DNA of 64,000 nucleotides, taken from positions 18,602,001 to 18,666,000 of the forward strand of contig NC_058369.1 in assembly GCF_018350175.1 (NCBI RefSeq), read 5' to 3'. This document shows positions 1-12,495 of this stretch, one piece after another (position 1 is the first letter of the stretch; the number at the start of each line of letters is the position of its first letter). The notes under the pieces are model-generated. The model was not told the DNA's origin. It made no database searches and was given only the letters and a program-made list of their open reading frames with translations. The stretch is from Felis catus. Its lineage: Eukaryota. A program made the position numbers and the translations under genes.

Positions 1-639
1 GCAGGGTAAACCATAGTAATTAAAAGAGGCAGTCTTTATAGAGTGCTTCGTCTGTGCAGGCACTGGGCTGAGACCTGATGTATCGCCCTCAGTTCATCCT
101 GACCGTGGCAAGTCAGTGACAGCATGGTCCCCATTTCACTGATGAGAAAACAAGCCTAGGTAGCACCTGGAGGTCCGTTCAAAAGCTTGGGCTCATGCCA
201 CAGAATCAGAGTGGAGCCAGACACTGCTGCAGCCTCTGAGAGCTAGAGGAAGACTGGGGTCAAGGAGACTGGAGAGAGAACAACTCCAGTACCACTCCTG
301 GGTGTTCACTGTGGTACTAGGACTACCTCTGAGCAGCATTGATTTGTGAGGGGGCCAGGACATATGGGAAAAACTTTGTAGAGGTTCTGGAATTGTAGGT
401 CTGAGGCCCCAGTGAGAATTTCAGTACTGCAGTCCTTGCCCTCATCAGGATTGTTCAGATGTGGTGGGTCGAGGGTAAGTTCCTACGTTTCCGCGTCCTC
501 TTCCTCAGCTGCAGCAGTTTCTAGTTCCTTCAGTATCTTGTGGTTTGGGCCCCAAGCCATACAGTCCACATCCTCTGTTCTATTTCAGAGCTGCTGTGTC
601 TTTAGAGCAAGGTTTACAGTAGGTTGGAATCTATACCCC

Positions 640-750
640 TAGTCAGTGACATCAGAATCTTTGGAGTGGGACCCAGGCATTAGTTTTCTAAGTCTCCTGG
701 CCAGGTGATTTTAGTGTGCAGCCAAGGTCTAGAGCCACTGCTCCAGAGCT
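640..750. mobile_element. MER5A-like hAT-Charlie DNA transposon fragment
   Basis: tcagaatct...ggacccaggcat...aggtgattttagtgtgcagccaagg...agccactg is typical of MER5A. Confidence 0.6.
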
Positions 751-2615
751 TAGCAGAGCTTGTATCCTTGGTTGAAGTAAGAAACTTAGCCTGTCTCATG
801 GAGGTGGAACTGGGCATTGAGAAGGTGTTGATAAACCTGCCTGTTAGATGTACCGAAGCTCATCTGAGGAAGATGGTCACTGAGGAAGCCAGCTTCAGTT
901 GGCCTTGGGTGGCCAGTGCATCAAAAAGGGATGTCTTCTCCCTTCTTCCTGAATAAGTCTTATGCTTGACACTGGAAATGTCCAGCTATTTTTGAAGTGG
1001 TAAAGCAAAGGGAAAGAATGAACTTTGGTGTAATGCCACATTTGAGGTAAAATTGATTTGTATTTGTTGAACACCTGTCTCATTGAAGGGTTGGGTGGCA
1101 TGCCATGGGTGTAAGCGGTCCAGGTTAAGTGGAGCACACTTGTGCTGTCAGAACGCCTGTGGCTCTGTGTTCAGGAGCATGTGCTGTGGAGTGTACTCAT
1201 CATTAAATGAGTGGCAGAGATTGGACATGCTTGGATAGGAGGAAAAGCACTCCTGGGGAGGTGAAAGAAGAGCAGTCCTTGGGAGAAGACGACTTGCAGC
1301 TCAGTCCTGAAGATAATGAGGGAACCAGAAGGTTCAGTAGACATCTCAGCACTGGGCAGTGATGCAGTGTCCTGGCTTGTGGAGGAGGGGAGCCCAGAGC
1401 AGAGGACCAGAGGTCAGGTATGAACCAGGAATCTTGGACAAGGCATTAGCCAAAGCCAGTGGCGGGGAGCGTGAAGAGATGACAGGTGAGGCAGGAGGGA
1501 CCCAGAAGGTGGGAAGGAGGTAAGGATCTAGTGCAAACTCTTTCAGGTCTTTGACCTATTTTTGAACTTGACTGGAAGGCTTGGTCTTGACTCACATCAT
1601 TGGATGGTAACAGTGAGCCCATCTCCCAGGGAAGGCCAAGCGAAAAGCAAGTGTCTGCCTGGATCCTCCTGTCCCTGTCCTTCCCGGTTTCTTGGAAGGA
1701 CTGAGAGTGGTCTAGGAAATAGAGGCCATACTCTGAGGCCTTGGCTTTCCTTGATTGGTGCTGACCTACATTTTCCTCCACCCTGGCCAGGCCTTGCTGT
1801 TTGTTTCCCACTGAACCAGTCTGAGCTCAGGACCCAGGTAAATTAGGCCCTGATCTGGCCCCCAGTGGACACTCAGTCTAGTGGGACAAGTGTTTATTGG
1901 GAAAAAAGAGAGGCTCATATAACTTTTTCTTGAGACTTTAATCTTCTAAGTAAGAGCAAGCATTTACATTTTATATTGTTCTTCATTTATGGAGAGATTG
2001 AAACACGAATGGAATGGAGTTGGAATTAAAGAGCAGATGGAGGAAGGTAGGACAGTATCTGATACTAAGTAGGTGGTCAAAATTTGTTGAATAAAAATGA
2101 TCAAGAACCTACAATTCGTATCATGTATTTTCTTATTAGAGCAAGGTGCTTATGGAGAAGGAAAAGTAATTACTGCAGAAGCAAACAGTATTGTTTCTGT
2201 GATATTTATCCAGTTGTCTTTCATCTAGAGAGCAAAACAAATACCAAGTATCATTATTCAATTTGCCATTTGCCCAAATTGTATCCGTCCATGCTGTTGA
2301 TTGTTGTTGGTGTTATTTCATTCTGGATTGGCCTAAAAACAAGGTTTCTGAGACAGACTTAGATTTATTAAAAAGTTAAAAAAAAACCCGTTTGGCCAAA
2401 AAATTTGCTGTTGCTCCATTGCACCCACTGTGGTTCTACTCTCTGGAGTATTGGGACCTCTGATAGTTACTGGTCTCTTGCCTGTCCCAATACCCAGAGG
2501 ACAGGTTCTGTTGGGCAGGACCACTGCTTTCCTGTTGAGGCGTAGATGAAGTTAGAACATGTTCACTCTCCTAAGAATGTTTTGGAAATGATTTTTTTAA
2601 AGCCTACTGTGTCCA

Positions 2616-2880
2616 GGGGTGCCTGGGTGGCACAGTTGTTGAAGTGTCCGACTCAATCTCAGCTCAGGTATTGATCTCAGAGTTGTGAGTTCAGGCCCTG
2701 CGTTGGGCTCCATATTGGGTGTGGAGCCTACTTATAAAAAAGAGGGGGGGGTACCTGATTGGCTCAGTCAGAGGAGTGTGTGACTCCTGATTTCAGGGTC
2801 GTGAGTTCAAACCCCACGTTGGGTATAGAGATTACTTAAAATTAAATCTAAAATACAAACAAAAAACTAAAAACTCAACC
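2616..2880 (+). mobile_element. Two tandem short Can-SINEs sharing one TSD
   Basis: Two tRNA-derived heads (ggggtgcctgggtggc..., ggggtacctgattggctcagt...). TSD AAAGCCT(A/G)CTGTGTCCA at 2599-2615 and 2881-2897. Confidence 0.8.
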
Positions 2881-3725
2881 AAAGCCTGCTGTGTCCAGGC
2901 TTATAAGTGCTGCACACTGACCATTTGCAGGCCTTGGTACCCCAGGTGCTGCACTCAGTGCTGTGGAGTCCTCTAGCAAGGCATGCGTCACGGGGAAGTA
3001 ACAGTACCAGACAGGTGCACACTGGTCCTGTGTGAGGTGCTCATTGAGTCGTGGAGGTTGAACCTTGTCACTTCCTTGGCCCCATGTCAGTGACAAATTC
3101 AATACTTAGTAGTCTATAAAAGCAAATGATAGCCAAGATCCCTGGATGCATTACAAGTAATCTAAAAAATGGATTTGCAGACATTAAATTAGCCTTCTGC
3201 GAATTACCTATAGTTGTTTACTTTATAGGGTGGACCGTCCCAGAAGCTGCTGCTCTGATTTGCAGCTTTACCAACCCCTGGAGTTTGAGAGGTGGAAACT
3301 TTGGTGTCAAGAGCATGCTGTGTGACTTCCTGTGTCTTAGCCTTTGTGCATGTAGAGAGCTTGAGTGGCTTTTCAAGGTGTCTGTGGATTGTGAGAGCTT
3401 TATTATAAAAAAACAATAAAACAAAGACAGAACTCTAGCTCTCTAGATAAATCAATGTAACTGGTGAATTTGCTATATTTTTAGTTCTTTGTCCCAAAGA
3501 AATGTAGATTTTCCTGTAAGCATTTGTTGAACATAGCAGTTAATGATCTAAGGCTATCAGAGGACTGGAGGGCTGCTCTCTCCCTTGGGGTGAAAATCAT
3601 CTCTAAGGAACCTGTGGCATTCTCTTTGCTCCCTTTCCAGTTCTAAGGGCAGGTTGATGGGTGGGACATTTACTTGGGTTTGTAACAGTCAGCGAGATCC
3701 AGAGGGTTCCTGCAGAGGGATTGAC

Positions 3726-3768
3726 AGAGAGAGAGAGAGCGAGCGAGCGAGAGAGAGAGAGAGAGAGC
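3726..3768 (+). repeat. (GA)n/(GAGC)n microsatellite
   Basis: Read directly from the sequence. Confidence 0.9.
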
Positions 3769-4315
3769 GGGCTAAGGTTTTTGTGGTCTTTTTCTCAACC
3801 AGGTAAGAAATGTCTCAAGGCCAGCTGGTCTTACTGCCTCAGGATAAACAGGTTGGCAGGGGTGTGGAGGGTTGCTGCTTTGACTCTTTTGTCTCTGCAT
3901 TTCCTACTCCCCCATATAGAAATCTTATCAAGGGATAACTAGGTGGAGGGACAAATCCTGTCCCTCCAAAAACAGTCAAGCTCTGCAGGGCAGCTTAGTC
4001 TGAGAAGATAGCATCACAGCTCTGTCTAGTTTACTCATACTCTCTTGCCTGTGACCCTTCCTGGTCTTTCCTCTTACTGACCAAGCAGGTGTTTTTTGTT
4101 TGTTTGTTTTGTTTTTGTTTTTTGTTTTGTTTTGTTTTTCTCCTGACAAAGCAAATTCTGAGTATGTAGGGCAGTGGCTGTTCCCATAGGGCTCTTTGAA
4201 GGGCCAGCCAGGTAGTGGGGCTATGTTGCCATGAAATCCTTGACAGTGTCCTTTTGATCCCTGCATGAAACAAATACAAAGAGGAGGTTCCTGACTCTTA
4301 ATTAGGTCTATTCTT

Positions 4316-4535
4316 TTTTTTTTTTTTTTTTTTAACGTTTATTTATTTTTGACACAGAGAGAGATAGAGCATGAACGGGGTGGGTCAGAGAGAGAGGAAG
4401 ACACAGAATCTGAAACAGGCTCCAAGCTCTGAGCCGTCAGCACAGAGCCCAACGCGGGGCTCGAACCCATGAACTGCGAGATCGTGACCAGAGCTGAAGT
4501 CGGACGCTTAGCTAACTGAGCCACCCAGGCGCCCC
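4316..4535 (-). mobile_element. Can-SINE (SINEC_Fc-type)
   Basis: Head GGGGCGCCTGGGTGGCTCAG, (CT)n region and A-tail; 16-bp TSD AATTAGGTCTATTCTT (4300-4315, 4536-4551). Confidence 0.93.
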
Positions 4536-4719
4536 AATTAGGTCTATTCTTAAGACCACAGAACTTTTGATTTAAGATTCATTGGCCTGGTGTACAACGA
4601 GAAGACAGAAGGTAAATTTTCTGCTTACAAATGAGTCCTTTTAAGTAGTCAGTTCCCAGTCCAGATAACTACATAGAGCCTGGGAAGGGTAGGGTGCCTG
4701 TGCGCTCACTTTATAAATA

Positions 4720-5023
4720 TTTATTTATTTATTAAGTTTATTTATTTTGGGAGAGAGAGAGTGTGAGCATGGGAGGGGCAGAGAGAGAGAGCCCAACGGG
4801 GCTGGAACTCAGCAAGCTGAGAGATCATGACCCGAGCCGAGATCAAGAGTTGGATGCTTAACTGACTGAGCCATGAGCCACCCAGACATCCCTATTTATT
4901 TATTTATTTAGTCAGTCAGTCAGTCAGTCAGTCAGTCATTTCTGTGCCCAACATGGGGCCTCCAACTCACGACCCCAAGATTGAGAATCTCATGCTTTTC
5001 CATCTGAGCCAGCCAGGCACCCC
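4720..5023 (-). mobile_element. Two Can-SINEs separated by (AGTC)n
   Basis: SINEC motifs gagatcatgacccgagccga...gagccacccag and ctgagccagccaggcaccc. Confidence 0.8.
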
Positions 5024-7374
5024 TGTATATGTTCACTTTAGAAGTGAAGCCAGTTGAAGATTCATGGGAAATAAAGGTAAAATGTCTGAAAAATTAAGCT
5101 GGGGCTGGTGGGATCTCTGTCTTCCAGAGCTGTAGGAATCCATCTGTGCCTGATAATGGCCCAGTTTGGAAATTAAGGAGATCCCAACTCTGAAAGAAGA
5201 AAGCACCTTTCATACATCAGGAGATTCTGGGCTCCACTGAAAAGTGCTTTGTAGTTGCCACTTTCTCCCCAGTCCTTGGGGATATGTAAATTATAGTTGC
5301 ACTTTTGTGATAAGATGGGAGATCTCTGGCATTTGTCCTTACCTTATCCCTTTTTGCTTTCAATTTTTAATCCTTAGGTTCTAAAATACAGGAATTAATT
5401 TTCAAATAATGACTACTGAGTGAAAGTGCACTTTTGCCTTTGTGCTAAGGGAATGATCAGAGTCTGTAAAAAGAGGAGGTAGAGACCTCGGGAGGTGAGG
5501 ACAAGGGCATCTTCAAGGATTTCTTTAATTGTGCTAGCCTGGGTATAAATTCAATGTGACAGATGCCAGCTGGGGATCACCTGGAGCTCGGAGGAAGAGG
5601 CAAGCACTTGGGAGTAACAGGTTTTCTCCATCATACCTGGTGTGGAGGTGCCTGAACTAGACACATTTCTCTAAGTCTAAGGAGAAAGGAGATTTAGATT
5701 CTCTGAATCTCCTTGAGGAGCAACCCAAGCATCCTCTTCTGGGAGACACTAGCAATGCAGGTGCTCACAAGGCCTGGCCCAGTTTTGCCTTCACCAGTTT
5801 ACTGGGAGCTGGTGCCCCTCTAGGCAAGCCTGATTGCGAGGTCAGTGTGTCAGGCGTCCCTGTCCTGCTCGGCATTGTCCTTGCCTCACTGCCTGATGGG
5901 AGAGTAGCCGTGGCTTTGCAGAGGAGGGGTTCCAAGAGTCTGCAAGGCCATCTTTTGGCCGTTTTCCTATAGCCTTCAGAAGCACACCTCTAAAGCCTAC
6001 CAGCGAAGTTTGTAATGATTTAGATTTTGTAGCTGTTGTAAGGCGAGGTGGGTAGAAAAGCCAATTAGAGCCGTATGTGGGAGGGAAGGAATCCAGCTAG
6101 CAAAAAAGCCTGAGCAAATGGAGTGGGTGCTAGTTGTGTCTTGTCCTTTTATAAACAAGATTTGTTGGTCTGGCAGTTTCTGGCATGGTTGAAATATTCT
6201 TGATGGTTGAGCCTTAAGAATGTGGCCCAAAACAAGAATATAGCCAAAGCAGGTCACAACTTTAAACACTGAAGTTTGAAGTATTTGCCTAAACACTTGG
6301 TGCTATGGCAACCTTACAGGAAGGGTGCAAGAACTCCCGTTCACCAGGGCAAGGACACCCCTCTTAGGCACCTGTATTGTGAGGAGGCTGTTGGCAGGGC
6401 CAAGGGCTGTGGTAAGGAGGGATCTGAGTAGGGAGCTGGGGATGGCTGGGACCACTCTGGTATTTCATCTCACTCCTCTGTTTTGGAATTTGATTAGCCA
6501 GTGAGGTCAGAAGGCATACTTTCTCTCAACTTAATTCATGAAGTCAGATTAGCATATTAGTTGTGAGCTATGGCACTTATTTGTAATCTTGTATAATGGG
6601 AAAAAAATCAGAAAACTCAGTTTTTAAGTTAAAAGTGTGAAATCAGGTGATGACTGCTTTTGTGAGTCATTTCAGGGATTTAATGGAAACCATTTCCCTG
6701 TGCTCTGATGTCTGCCAGAGTGCCTGCTTGGTGCTAGGCATCTGCTGTGAGAGAGGGCAGCAGAGGACATGCTGCCGAGACCCCAGCAGTGGACCCCTTC
6801 TGACTCTTTTGCTCTCTGGGCAGCCCTCGGTATCCAGCTTTGACCTGGACAGACATTGACCAGCTGCCCTCACAGCATAGTTCCACTCTACCTTTGTGCT
6901 GAGATGGGGAGGGGTTTGGATAGCCAGGGGAAGTTTGGGGAGACAGAAGGAAACTTTTTAGTTTCCAGTAAGCACTTACTTGGTGTTTGTAAATTTGCCT
7001 ATTTATAATACATAAGTACTTAATTTTATTAGCTCTTGTGTTTTATGACTTAGTAATATATGTAAAGTTTAATTGAATATTTTTCTATGAAATTTGGGAA
7101 GGCTGCATGCATAGCAAATGAAGCTTCACACCTAGCCCAGGGTAGGTAGTCGGTAAATATGCACTGAAGTGTAATTATTGTTGGGCTGTCTTGAGATAAT
7201 TGTAATTTGCTTTAATTGGGTTCTTGGATGCCACACGGGTATGCGGATGTGGTAATTCATTCTCACTTGGATATTGCTGAGTCTGGCTGCCCTCCTCTCA
7301 CATTTACTGTCCACTTCCCAGTCCAGCTGCTGCAGCCAGATGATCCTTGTTTTGGGGCTCAGTTTACCCTTTTC

Positions 7375-8001
7375 TTTTTTTAAAAAAAATTTTTAAACAT
7401 TTACTTATTATTTTTGAGAGAGAGAGCATGAGTTGGGGAGGGGCAGAAAGAGGGAGACACAGAATCTGAAGCAGGCTTCAGGCTCTGAGCTGTCAGCACA
7501 GAGCCCGACGTGGGGCTCAAACTCACAAACTGCGAGGCCATGACCTGAGCTGCAGTCGGACGCTCAACTGACAGAGCCATCCAGGCACCCCATCAGTTTA
7601 CCCTTTTCTGTCTTCCGTGCCCTACCTGGGCATCAATGATTAAGACGGGACCTAAGCCTTATAAGTGTTTTTTCTGAAGTCTAATTAGTATGACTCTGAA
7701 TAATGTGTTTTTTTAAAAAAAGATTATAATTGTGGTAAAAATACATAAAATTTACCATCTGACCCATTAAAGCCTTTTTTTTTTTTTAAGTTTATTTATT
7801 TATTTTGAGAGAGAGAGCATGCACGCACACATGCAAGCAGGGGAGGGGTAGAGAGAGAGGGAGAAAGAGACTCTCCAGCAGGCTCTGCCGTGCTTTCAGC
7901 ATGCAGTCCATTGCGGGGCTTGATCCCACAAATGATGAGATCATGACCTGAGCCGACATCAATAGTCAGATGCTTAACTGACCGAGCCACCCAGGTGCCC
8001 C
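7375..8001 (-). mobile_element. Two Can-SINEs (7375-7591, 7774-8001)
   Basis: Full SINEC bodies; TSDs tcagtttacccttttct and cattaaag. Confidence 0.88.
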
Positions 8002-8885
8002 ATTAAAGTATTTTTTAATTGTGATAAAAAACATCTAACAGGATTTACCATCTTAACCATTGTTGAGTGTGAAGTTCAATGGTGAGTAATGTTTAACAGC
8101 AAGTGGCATACTGAGGTCAGTAGAGTGTAGAATGAACGGTTTTCTCAGTGAGTTTTGTCACAGAAGATGTGAAAAATTGACCCAGATGAAAAACCACAGT
8201 CCGGTGGAAAATGGCCTGCAGCCCTGGATTTTTGAACCTTGTCCTTCTTCTCTTCCTCTAGGACATGTTTGTACCTGAGTGAGTTTGTACCCAGGTATTA
8301 AACCTTTGCTTCCTTCCTGCCTTTGTTGAAAAAACCAAACCACCATCAGCAGAAACCATTGCCCTTCCTGTACCTCCCTCTACTTTTGGTATCTGTGATA
8401 AGTGAGAATTTGCAAGAGTTTTCCAAGTGAGAACAGTGTCGAAGCAGCTTTTCTGATAGATGATTGTATAGTGTTTGCCTTTCAGAGATGGTAAGTTTTT
8501 TCTCCCACATATTTTTACTTTAAGTCTCTTGCTGTGTGTGTAACCCTAGACTCCTTTGGTGGGTTCTCCAGCTCCTTGATGGTGTCTCCCTGGGGCTGCC
8601 CCCATACCTCTAGTGATATTCCCGCAGTGCACAAGTCAGTCAGGAACTTGCCTCATGTTAGGAGTCCTCATCTGCTTCTGGAACTGTCAGTGCTTTTGAG
8701 GTGACACCTTGAATCTTCTGACTTGGTTCAACACCTTCTTCATCTGGTGCCAAGGAGTGAAAAAGGCCCATTTTTAACTGAAAGCAGAGAAAGCTGCCCG
8801 TCTTTGGTATTTGGATCCCAAATAAACAATTCACACTATTGTTTTCCACTGTGTGGAGTACATCCTGTTGGCCATCAGAGCAGTT

Positions 8886-8916
8886 AAAAAAAAAAATTTT
8901 TTTTAATGTTTATTTT

Positions 8917-8949
<33 letters not shown>

Positions 8950-9116
8950 CACGAGTGGGGGAGGGGTAGAGGAAGAAGCAGACACAGAATCCAAATCAGG
9001 CTCCAGGCTCCCAGCTGTCAGCACAGAGCCCAACGCAGAGCTCGAACCCATTAACCGTGAGATCATGACCTGAGCTGAAGTCAGATGCTTAACTGACTGA
9101 GCCACCCAGGCACCCC
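8886..9116 (-). mobile_element. Can-SINE
   Basis: SINEC body with an extended (GA/GACA)n tract. Confidence 0.9.
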
Positions 9117-9312
9117 TCAGTTTGAGCAGTTTTAAACTAGTTAACCCTGTAGAATTTTTATATTAACGTTAGACTGACATTTGACATTTTAATTTCTGAG
9201 TGTCTGAACCCTAAAGTGGTTGTTTCAGTTAGGTTTTGCTTTTGACTTTTTCAAAACCATTTGAACTTTATTATCTCAGTTTGGTTTAAAAAGAAAGTCT
9301 CATTTTCCTTAA

Positions 9313-9693
9313 ATTATTTATTTATTTATTTGGGAGAGCGTGTGAGCGGAGGATAGGGGCAGAGAGAGAGAGAGAATTTTTTTTTTAAGTTTATTCATTT
9401 TGAGAGAGAGAAACCATGGGGGTGGGGCTGAGAGAGAGGGGGACAGAAAATCTGAAGCAGGCTCCACGCTGACAGCAGAGAGCCTGACGTGGGGCTCAAA
9501 CCTGTGAACCACAAGATCATGACCTGAGTCATGCTTAACTGACTGAGCCATCCAGGCACCCTGAGAGAATCTTAAGCAGGCCTCATGCTCAGTGCAGAGC
9601 GCATTGTGGGGCTCGGTCCCACAACCCTGGGATCATGACCTGAGCCGAAATCAAGAGTCGGATGCTCAACCGACTAAGGCACCCAGGCACCCC
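9313..9693 (-). mobile_element. Nested Can-SINEs (inner ~9378-9562 inside an older SINE)
   Basis: The outer element is interrupted at gagagaat, which is repeated on both sides of the inner copy. Confidence 0.82.
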
Positions 9694-12283
9694 TCCTTAA
9701 ATGTTTTAATTACTATGGTGAAAAGAAGCAGTTTGAGAGTTTAAGTACTATTTTTAGGTAACCTAGCTATTTGAGAGTGGTGGTTCCTGGGAGTGGTGGG
9801 GTGGGCTGCCTCTGCATCAGACTCATCTTGTGTGGTTAATAATGGGTTGAATCTCACAACTTTTCCTTCATTCTTAGAGAGCAGAAACTACTAAGGAGCT
9901 GTTCTTTCAGAATTTTAGTTAAGATATCTTAGTTTCATTCTCTGTGGGCTTTTCTGCATATGAGGAAACATTTAAGTTTACTATGAATTGAGTTGGTGCC
10001 ACATACGCATTTGTTCCTCGTGTTTACTGAGTGGAAAGCATTTACTGACTGAGCTTCCTGTGTGCATGGGACATTCATTAGCTCTGGGGAGGCAGCCTGA
10101 GCAGAAGAGAGTTGCTTCTTTCCTGGAGCCGGGCTTCCATTGGAAGCCGGGTTTCCAGGGACCAAGACTGTCTGGACAGAGTAGGGTCATAAGAGCTTGT
10201 TCCTCATGGATGTATGTCCTTCCCTGTCCCACCCTCACACAAGGCATGTGCTTTAGTCATATATAGATAGGGGTTAGTATCAGTGACAGAAAGGGCCAGA
10301 AGGATTCTTTCCTGCTAAACTCGGTCCTTGGAAGCTTGGGGTCCTCACCTGTCACTGTATAATGCTTTTGATTCCCTAGTTGTGTTCCTGCTGATTGATT
10401 TGGTAAACTTGAAATACACCTGGCTCCAGGGCAGATATTATGTATTTTGGTATACAAAAGATACCACCTCTTAGGCATTGCTGAAAACTTGACTTTTTAT
10501 TTCTGCGCATCACTGGAGAGTCCCCAAGGTCATGGTTGGAGAAAGGAAGTGTTGGTGTGGCCATTGGCAGATGCAGAGGATTACCAGCTCCAACCCCAAC
10601 TAGATTTGGTTCCTCTGAGTGAGGGTACTTATCTGAAATGGGTCGCAGGGTCTGGGGCCCCCTGGGCTTCCTACCTCAGCCTGTCCTTTTGCTGTTGGGG
10701 ACCCATGCCCCAGGAGCCTGGTGGAGATCCCCTGCTCAGATATTCTTCATCTACCCCATAACAAGCTCTGTGGTGCAGTTTGGTGCTGAATGTTCACCTG
10801 GCCCAGGGAGGGGTGTGATAGGTACCTAGGGTACCATGGGGCTCTCTTCCCTGGTGCTAGTGGGCAGGAGGATAGGCCTTTGCCAAGAGAAGAGGGAGAG
10901 GGCAGACTCATTGGCTGCTCTGGGATAGCAGTGTCCCAAAGGGCTATGCTGTGTCCAGGCTTTGCAGGTTATAACACTTTTAAGGTTTTTCTGCTCCCTA
11001 GGGTGAATTGTCTGGGACTAAGGGATGGAACTGCCTGGCAGCTATGCCCATTTTTCACACTGTATGTTATGACTGTTGAGCATGTGTTCAGAGAGCAGGG
11101 GCTTCCACTAAGCTCTGGGAAGGTCCCTCTTCACAGAGTTGTATTTCACTGGGGTCAAGGGCAGCACTGAGCTCAGACTTAGTGGCAGACACTGCACTGG
11201 GTACTGGTACAGAGGAATGAGTTACCCATACCCACTACCCATTTTTTGGTAGGAGATCTTGGGCAGCTTCTGTTAGCCAGAAGGTTGTGAGTTCAGCTGA
11301 GACATACATATTCTTGGGCTTCCCTGAGCACTTCCTGTGTTCTAGAGGATATAATGTGAGTGCATGTATGCAGTATTAAAATGAGTGGCTGTGTCAGGAA
11401 GACTGGGTGATTCTGTCTGTAGTCTTTCTCTGGTTCCAGAGCACCTTCTCCATATTTTGGCCACAGGCTCTGTGTGAGTGACCATGGTTGAATGTTACCT
11501 CTCTTTGGGCCTTGTTCCCTGAAAAAAATGAAGAGGAGGATCTCTGGAGTGCCTCCATCTCTGAATGACCAAGTGTGTGAGTAAGAGACTATGTAAAGAC
11601 CTTCCAGTGGGATGTCCTAGTTTGGGTGTTTGAATGCAGCCTGCCAAGTTCCTAGCACAGGGAGATGTGACCCTTGCTTATAGGAATCCAGCATCAGAAA
11701 GACACAAGGCTGCTTTTTGCCAAGTTTGAAAAAGATCTTTTCTCCCTAGAGCATGGAAAACCAACATACAGCCTTTGGAGTTGTGCCCTGGACATCGTCT
11801 GCTTGCTAAATGCAGAGGCACTTAGTCATACCCATGAAACAGATACTTCACATCATCATGTGTCCGCAGATAGCAGACTGAGCTTATGTTCCGGGTAGGA
11901 CAGGGTGTGTCTCGTTCTGTTGCTGTTTTCAAATAAGCTGAGAATTTTTAAAGGGAGAATCCGATTAGGAAAGTAAAAGATCAACTGGGTCTAAGAAGTA
12001 GACAAATAAGTAAATTAAAGAGATAGGAAGAAGCTAAAAAAACCATTCTTGTAGCCTCCCCATTCATTCGTTAGGTGTGTATCTGGAACTATGTGTGATT
12101 AGCATGGGTCAGTGACTGTGACAAATGTGTCCCTGCCCCTCCACATCTTACAGTCTTGTAGGGTATTGGTCAAGCTGAGCCATTTACTCAATAAGAATTA
12201 AAATGTGTAATAAAGGAAAGGCCATTAAGAGAAGCAGTATGCAACAATAAACTCCAAAATTACATGTTAAAATAGTACAAAAC

Positions 12284-12495
12284 AGGCACTCCTGGATGGC
12301 TTAGTCGGTTGGGCATCTGACTTCAGCTCAGGTCATGATCTCTCAGCCTGTGGGATCGAGCCCCGTGTCGGGCTCTGTGATGACAGCTCAGAGTCTGGAG
12401 CCTGCTTCGGATTCTGTGTCCCTCTCTGTCTGCCCCTTCCCCACTCACACTCTGTCTCTTTCTCTGAAAAATAAATAAACATTAAAAAATAAAAT
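12284..12495 (+). mobile_element. Can-SINE
   Basis: SINEC head and body; TSD aaaatagta. Confidence 0.88.
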
